64,000 bases of DNA from Clostridiaceae bacterium. Its GTDB lineage: Bacteria; Bacillota; Clostridia; DSM-8532. Every line of letters starts with the position of its first letter. Positions within the stretch are counted from its first letter, which is position 1. The notes under the pieces are model-generated. The model ran no database searches, was not told where the DNA came from, and worked only from the letters and a program-made list of their open reading frames with translations. Both the position numbers and the translations under genes were made by a program. Shown one piece after another: positions 58,754-64,000 of the stretch. Location of the stretch: NCBI GenBank assembly GCA_012521705.1, contig JAAYLX010000011.1:10958-74957 (forward strand), read 5' to 3'.

Positions 58754-60280
58754 ATGAGCATGTACAGTGAAAACAAAAAACGGGGAAGACCAAGAAAAAA
58801 TCTTCCTGAGAGTGCCGCCCCACAACCGGCTACTGTCAAGAGAGGAAGAGGTCGCCCAAGGAAAAGCGCTATTGCCGAAAAGGCTGAAAATATATCCAAA
58901 CTCACCTATGAATCGGTAAATGTGTGGGATTCAACCCTTCCGAAGGATGAAATAATGTCATTCAGTGAAGGCTATAAGGCATTTTTGGACAAAGCTAAAA
59001 CTGAAAGGGAATTCATAAAAGAAAGCATAAAAGTTGCCGAAGAAAATGGATTTAAAAATCTGGACGCTCTTGGAGAAACTAAATTAAATCCGGGAGACAA
59101 AGTTTACAGGGTAGTTAAAAGCAAACTGATGCTCTTGTCTGTAATAGGCAAGAAACCTGTCCGTGAAGGGACCAGGATTGTTGGTGCCCATGTGGATTGT
59201 CCTCGTATTGACATAAAGCAAAACCCGCTTTATGAGTCTACTGAAATGGTTTTCTTAAAAACCCATTATTATGGAGGAATTAAAAAGTATCAATGGGTTG
59301 CCATACCTCTTGCGCTTCATGGTGTAATTGTTAAGGCTGACGGAAGTGTCGTTGAAGTAAATATCGGCGAAGACGAAAACGATCCTGTTTTCACAATTAC
59401 AGACCTTCTGCCGCATCTTGCCAAGGATCAATATGAAAAGAAATTAAATGAAGCTTTCCAAGGAGAGCACATGAATGCTCTCATAGGCTCACAGCCGCTT
59501 GGAAACAAAGAAGAGAAGGATCGCTTCAAGAAAAATATCCTTGCTCTTTTAAACAGGAAATATGGCATTGTAGAAGAAGATTTAATCTCATCCGAGCTTG
59601 AATTGGTTCCTGCTTTTAAGGCCAGAGACGTCGGAATTGACAGAAGTATGGTCGGAGCATACGGGCAGGATGACAGGGTATGTGCATATCCTGCTTTAAT
59701 GTCTGTCATGAAGATAACCAATCCTGAATATACAACTATTTGCTATCTTACCGATAAGGAAGAGATAGGAAGCGTAGGAAACACCGGTGCTGAATCAAGA
59801 GCCCTTGAAAACTATATTGCAGACCTTTGCGCATTTACAACTGACGGCCAGTACAATGACCGTTTGATGCGGGCTGCACTCGATAATTCAAAGATGCTGT
59901 CTGCAGATGTTAACGCAGCCTATGACCCGAATTATGAAGGTACTCACGATAAACTCAATGCTGGTTATCTTGGCAAAGGTGTTGCTATACTGAAATTCAG
60001 CGGTTCAAGAGGAAAATCAGGCGCCAGTGATGCCCATGCAGAATACCTTGGTGAGATAAGAAAGTTATTTAATGAAAATAATATTCCATGGCATATTACT
60101 GAGCTTGGTGCTGTTGACAAAGGCGGCGGAGGTACCATCGCCATGATGATTGCAAACCTTGGTGTGGATGTCATAGATGTGGGCGTGCCGGTACTGTCAA
60201 TGCATTCACCTTTTGAAATTGCCAGCAAGGCTGATATCTATTCAGTATATAAAGGCTATTGCGTATTTTTGAATAGTTAA
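58754..60280 (+). CDS. M18-family aminopeptidase with an N-terminal extension carrying two AT-hook-like motifs
   Basis: 508 aa with an M18-like core from about residue 50 (HVDCPRIDIK, YGQDDRVCAY, MHSPFE). N-terminus MSMYSENKKRGRPRKN...VKRGRGRPRKS. Strong SD AAAGGAG lies 7 nt before the ATG. Confidence 0.88.
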   Translation: MSMYSENKKRGRPRKNLPESAAPQPATVKRGRGRPRKSAIAEKAENISKLTYESVNVWDSTLPKDEIMSFSEGYKAFLDKAKTEREFIKESIKVAEENGFKNLDALGETKLNPGDKVYRVVKSKLMLLSVIGKKPVREGTRIVGAHVDCPRIDIKQNPLYESTEMVFLKTHYYGGIKKYQWVAIPLALHGVIVKADGSVVEVNIGEDENDPVFTITDLLPHLAKDQYEKKLNEAFQGEHMNALIGSQPLGNKEEKDRFKKNILALLNRKYGIVEEDLISSELELVPAFKARDVGIDRSMVGAYGQDDRVCAYPALMSVMKITNPEYTTICYLTDKEEIGSVGNTGAESRALENYIADLCAFTTDGQYNDRLMRAALDNSKMLSADVNAAYDPNYEGTHDKLNAGYLGKGVAILKFSGSRGKSGASDAHAEYLGEIRKLFNENNIPWHITELGAVDKGGGGTIAMMIANLGVDVIDVGVPVLSMHSPFEIASKADIYSVYKGYCVFLNS

Positions 60281-60326
60281 TTTGAATAAGGATATTTTAT
60301 ATAAAAGTGGAATAACATAGTCTATA

Positions 60327-60387
60327 ATGCGCTGTTTGATTGGATCTCTCTTATAAGGATTTAAATTAAACGGCGCATGTTTTTTTA
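60327..60387 (+). terminator. Possible terminator after the aminopeptidase gene (large loop)
   Basis: ATGCGCTGTTT pairs with AAACGGCGCAT. GTTTTTTT follows. Confidence 0.4.
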
Positions 60388-60398
60388 TTAATGTATAT

Positions 60399-60604
60399 GT
60401 GCAAAGGCTTTGCCTTTGAGCAATCCACAGGCGAAGAATAAAAGTTGTTGGCGAAATGAGAAGTTCGATTGGGGGCGATCGACAGGACGTCGATCGAGCG
60501 GCGCTTGCCTGGATGGCAAGTTCGCCCGCGTACCCCAAGAGAACGAGCGTTGAGCCTTACAACTTTCCTGAGCCGAGGACGCGAAAAAGGCAAAGCCTTT
60601 GCAC
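60399..60604 (+). repeat. Interspersed structured element, copy 3 (206 nt)
   Basis: The 19-bp terminal pairing is 60399-60417 with 60586-60604. About 93% identical to copy 1. Confidence 0.85.
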
Positions 60605-60670
60605 AATACAGACTTACCTTGTGAGACTTTGCCTTTTGCATTTTTTATGTCAATTCATATTGTTCCGCAA

Positions 60671-61540
60671 TTATTTATAATCGTACTCTATTTCAAAGTC
60701 CTTGCCGTCAAAGTATACTACATCACCAGAATCATAGTGCCATATAGCTTTCATTGAAGTAGGGTACTTTATGCCATCCTTTTCTTTATAATCTTCTATA
60801 ATTGCCGACCATCTGACTTTTTGAACATTGCCATTTGCATCAACATTTTCTCTGTCGTCTGTTGTAAAGCTTTTCATAGCGCCATTTTCATCAAAAGTAA
60901 AAATGCCTGATGCCGATATTCCATGGTAGCTGATAGTTGCCTTTACATTGGTATCATCGATTTCTTCCCAGACAATAAAATCATTAGTTGCAAAACTCGG
61001 AATTAAAAGACTCTCCGCAAGGCATGTAACAAGAGTGGCTCTGGAGAGGGACTCGCCTTTCTCATCAAATATAGTTATGGCTTTTCCAATTACGCCTTTC
61101 ATGGATCCCTGACCATCTATAAAGGTATCAAGCCCCTCAAAAGGAATCCCGAATATGCCGGTATCAATTATGGCGAATCTGACAGGCTCATCAGCAACGT
61201 TAAACTGGGTGTAGTCAATTTTCAATTTGTTTTCCATTGGAGATAGTATAAAGTCAACGTCTCTGAAGTGGATTTTCATGTTGGACATCTTCTTTTGTCC
61301 TATGTACCCGCAGTATTGGAAATGTTTCTGAACTGGAACAGGTAATTCAGCAATATCCTCTAAAGTAAAGACCTCATCACCGAAGTGCATTTTCTCTGTC
61401 TGGGAATCCACTAATTTTTCAAATTGATTTTTCATAGGAGAATAGGGGAGGTTAAACCAAATAATTGCTGCCAATAATATAAAAAGAATTGCTCCAAGAA
61501 TCCAAAGAATAATTTTTATACCTTTTTTCATAAATTTCAA
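60671..61540 (-). CDS. Hypothetical N-terminally membrane-anchored protein (possibly DUF6544-like)
   Basis: 289 aa with a single N-terminal TM and a beta-rich ectodomain. The family assignment is from memory only. Confidence 0.55.
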   Translation of the reverse strand: MKFMKKGIKIILWILGAILFILLAAIIWFNLPYSPMKNQFEKLVDSQTEKMHFGDEVFTLEDIAELPVPVQKHFQYCGYIGQKKMSNMKIHFRDVDFILSPMENKLKIDYTQFNVADEPVRFAIIDTGIFGIPFEGLDTFIDGQGSMKGVIGKAITIFDEKGESLSRATLVTCLAESLLIPSFATNDFIVWEEIDDTNVKATISYHGISASGIFTFDENGAMKSFTTDDRENVDANGNVQKVRWSAIIEDYKEKDGIKYPTSMKAIWHYDSGDVVYFDGKDFEIEYDYK

Positions 61541-61669
61541 ATCCCCGATATATATTTCAATGTTTTACCAAATCATCTTATCACACAATAAATAATAACA
61601 AAACATATTTTTGCAAGATTGCTATTAAATTTTGATTTTAGATTTATTAAGCATTATAATCCGTAATTT

Positions 61670-62650
61670 CTATGCTTTGTTATTTGGCTTTATGGATGAA
61701 AGGGGATTGTTATTTACAGCGTTTCTCAGCTGATCTTCATCAATATGGGTATATATTTCGGTGGTAGCTACGCTCTCATGGCCTAAAATAGCCTGAAGAG
61801 CCCTAATATCAACTTTTCCGTGCTTGTACATGAGAGTTGCAGCAGTATGTCTAAGTTTGTGGGTTGAATATTTATCAGGATCAAGGCCGGCAACCTTTAT
61901 GTATTTTTTCACCAGGTACTGAACGGTTTTGGGGCTTATTCTGGTTTTGCGTTCACTTATAAAAAGAGCCTTAGGGTCTTTAATTGCCTTAAGTTTGGCA
62001 CGTTCAGCCATATAAGCGGAAATGGCATCCTGACAGGCTTTGTTTAAGTAGATTGTACGTTCTTTGTTGCCTTTTCCGACAACAGTCAAAATATCACCGC
62101 GAATATCGTTTACATTGATTCCTACAAGCTCTGAAAGTCGCAACCCGCAATTTAAGAACAATACAAGGATTGCATAATCCCTGGCAACATTCTTTTTGCC
62201 ATTGACACTTTGAAGTAGAGTGATACTTTCATCCAATTTCAGGTATTTTGGTAGTCTTTTTACAATTTTTGGGGATTCAAGTTCAGCGGCAGGATTATAA
62301 TCAATCAGTTTTACTTTGGTATGTAAATACTTATAAAACGATTTCAGACAGGCAATTTTACGGGCACGGGTAACGGCTGAATTCCTGCGTTCACGGCTTG
62401 TATAGGCCATAAAGCTGTACAGGTCTGTAAGGTCAATGGATTTAATATCATTAATGGTAATATCGTTGACCGGTAATTCATTGAATTTGTCTTCATCAGC
62501 GTTGTGTTTGATAACTTTTATGTAACGGAAGAAGGTTCGAAGGTCATAATGATATTCAGAAACAGTTTTTTCTGATTTATTCTGAATGGTAAGCATGTAG
62601 TTTAAAAATTCAACAGCTATGTCAGGCATATCAGAGAATTTTGGATTCAT
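61670..62650 (-). CDS. Tyrosine site-specific recombinase (XerC/XerD-like)
   Basis: 326 aa with the catalytic pattern R (GLRLSEL), HKLRHTAAT (HxxR) and LGHESVATTEIYTH (H...Y). GGAGGA SD. Confidence 0.88.
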   Translation of the reverse strand: MNPKFSDMPDIAVEFLNYMLTIQNKSEKTVSEYHYDLRTFFRYIKVIKHNADEDKFNELPVNDITINDIKSIDLTDLYSFMAYTSRERRNSAVTRARKIACLKSFYKYLHTKVKLIDYNPAAELESPKIVKRLPKYLKLDESITLLQSVNGKKNVARDYAILVLFLNCGLRLSELVGINVNDIRGDILTVVGKGNKERTIYLNKACQDAISAYMAERAKLKAIKDPKALFISERKTRISPKTVQYLVKKYIKVAGLDPDKYSTHKLRHTAATLMYKHGKVDIRALQAILGHESVATTEIYTHIDEDQLRNAVNNNPLSSIKPNNKA

Positions 62651-63077
62651 ATAGAAATTCCTCCGAAAGTAAATTAAATCGTTAAAGTCAATTTATTAAA
62701 TATATTAAAATATAAAATGTTAGTAATTATTATCTACAATTGATAATTCGGAATAAAACCAAAAGTACATTATTTATAGTTTAAAAAAATTTATTACACA
62801 GAATTTAGAATCTAAAATAAAATTCGGAATCCGTAAGAGTCAAAACACAAAACGCAGTTGAATTATTTTTGTTAACTCAACATAATTTCATTAATGGGAG
62901 CTGTCTAAGAGCAGCTTGTTGTCTGATCCATATAAATTATACCACAACTCCACTCTCTATTAAACAAAATTTTTATTTTGTATAATGTGAAATAATTTTT
63001 TAAAGGACCAAGCTTATCACTCAGTCCTTTATTTTTGTTATACTTCCCTTATACATCTATGTTCATGGACTTTAAAA

Positions 63078-63632
63078 TTAAACTTCCATTATTTCATCAA
63101 CTTTGGCTTCCACGATTTTGTCCACTTTTTCAATGTACTCGTCGGTAAGTTTCTGAATATCTTTTTCAATGGTCTTTAGATCATCTTCTGAAATTTCTTT
63201 GGCTTTTTCCTGTTTTTTATAATTCTCAATAGCGTCCCTGCGGATCTGGCGTATTGCTACTTTACTTTGTTCACCGATTTTCTTGACGTCCTTGGTAAGG
63301 TCTTTTCTTCTTTCTTCGGTCAATGGCGGAAAGACAAGACGAATTACTTTACCATCATTGTTGGGGTTAATTCCAAGATCGGATGTTTGAATAGCCTTGA
63401 CAATATCGTTTAAGATCTTTGCATCCCAGGGCTGAATCACAATCTGGCGGGCTTCAGGAACCTGGATATTGGCAAGCTGGTTTATGGGTGTTGGTGCTCC
63501 ATAATATTCAACGGTAATCTTGTCAAGTACATGAGGATTTGCCCTTCCCGCCCTGATGGAACCAAGTTCACTTTTCAGTACAGAGAGAGTTTTTTCCATC
63601 TTTGTTTTGAATTGATCATAATTCTTCTCCAT
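63078..63632 (-). CDS. frr: Ribosome recycling factor
   Basis: 184 aa, canonical RRF sequence. Confidence 0.95.
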   Translation of the reverse strand: MEKNYDQFKTKMEKTLSVLKSELGSIRAGRANPHVLDKITVEYYGAPTPINQLANIQVPEARQIVIQPWDAKILNDIVKAIQTSDLGINPNNDGKVIRLVFPPLTEERRKDLTKDVKKIGEQSKVAIRQIRRDAIENYKKQEKAKEISEDDLKTIEKDIQKLTDEYIEKVDKIVEAKVDEIMEV

Positions 63633-63634
63633 AT

Positions 63635-64000
63635 TCAGACCTCCCTAGCAACAAATGTACCAATTTTTTCACCGTTTAAAACCTTAATGATATTCTCAGG
63701 AGTCTTAATGCTGAAAACATGCAGTGGAATATCATTATCCATACAAAGTGAAGTTGCTGTTGTGTCCATGACCCCCAGCTGACGCTGCAAAACTTCCATA
63801 TAACTTATTTTATCATAACTTACAGCGTTCCGGTTAATTTTTGGATCGCTGTCGTATACCGCATCAACATTTTTAGCAAGAAGAATTACTTCTGCTTCTA
63901 TTTCAGCCGCTCTCAGAACTGCTGCCGTATCAGTTGAGAAATACGGATTTCCGGTCCCGCAAGCGAAAATAACAACACGTTTTTTCTCCAGATGTCTTAT
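63635..64000 (-). CDS. pyrH: Uridylate kinase, C-terminal 121 codons; the gene continues past the window end
   Basis: Own minus-strand translation gives ...[17 protein letters not shown]...[44 protein letters not shown], with stop at 63637..63635. The frr SD lies in its last codons. Confidence 0.9.
   Translation of the reverse strand: MRHLEKKRVVIFACGTGNPYFSTDTAAVLRAAEIEAEVILLAKNVDAVYDSDPKINRNAVSYDKISYMEVLQRQLGVMDTTATSLCMDNDIPLHVFSIKTPENIIKVLNGEKIGTFVAREV

Noticed and set aside
58402-62900. A possible integrated element bounded by the spoIVA 3'-end duplication and the tyrosine recombinase gene
   Set aside because: The two repeat copies are only 133 bp apart and do not flank the recombinase. 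The intervening genes (M18 aminopeptidase, membrane-anchored hypothetical) are not mobile-element-like. By eye there is no compositional break. The recombinase looks like a chromosomal Xer-type enzyme.
62979-63040. + strand TGTATAAT element followed 15 nt later by a hairpin and T-run, suggesting a tiny (~45 nt) + strand transcript
   Set aside because: It is too short to be a credible gene. The hairpin is more simply explained as the frr-proximal terminator or stabiliser, with a chance -10-like match in AT-rich DNA.

Overview
This window looks like a core chromosomal segment of a spore-forming Clostridia-class Firmicute. It is AT-rich by eye, and I cannot determine the taxon from the sequence alone. 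I call about 57 protein genes, mostly on the + strand and almost all housekeeping or sporulation genes. They include thrC, the conserved hprK-murB-rapZ-yvcK-whiA block, spoIIAA-spoIIAB-sigF, a Cache/HAMP chemoreceptor, the [FeFe]-hydrogenase maturases hydE-hydG, alaS, rpsU, recJ-relA-dtd, and pta-ackA. They also include aspartate kinase, a six-gene translationally coupled shikimate/chorismate operon, a frameshifted D-Ala-D-Ala carboxypeptidase, purB, CotF-like coat genes divergent from spoIVA, an M18 aminopeptidase, a Xer-like tyrosine recombinase, frr-pyrH, and one tRNA-Leu(CAG). Three genes are absent from the ORF track and come from my own reading: a partial GT39 glycosyltransferase at the left edge, rpsU (58 aa), and a 58-aa small membrane protein. 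I also read partial pyrH at the right edge. I found no CRISPR array, transposase, prophage or recognisable defence island, so I cannot honestly claim a novel protein system here. The most unusual signal is non-coding. A ~206-nt GC-rich element is present in three co-oriented copies, each just after a gene terminator. It has a nested multi-helix fold, and two helices are preserved by compensatory substitutions between copies. I could not assign it to any family I know. Secondary oddities are listed below:
- Two promoter-leader-terminator units, upstream of hydE and upstream of a membrane glycosyltransferase.
- A structured leader before an ECF S-component/kinase pair.
- A homopolymer frameshift in the dac gene.
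- A ~90-bp duplication of the spoIVA 3' end.
- Two AT-hook motifs fused to the aminopeptidase.
All functional calls rest on motif recognition by eye. No database search was run.
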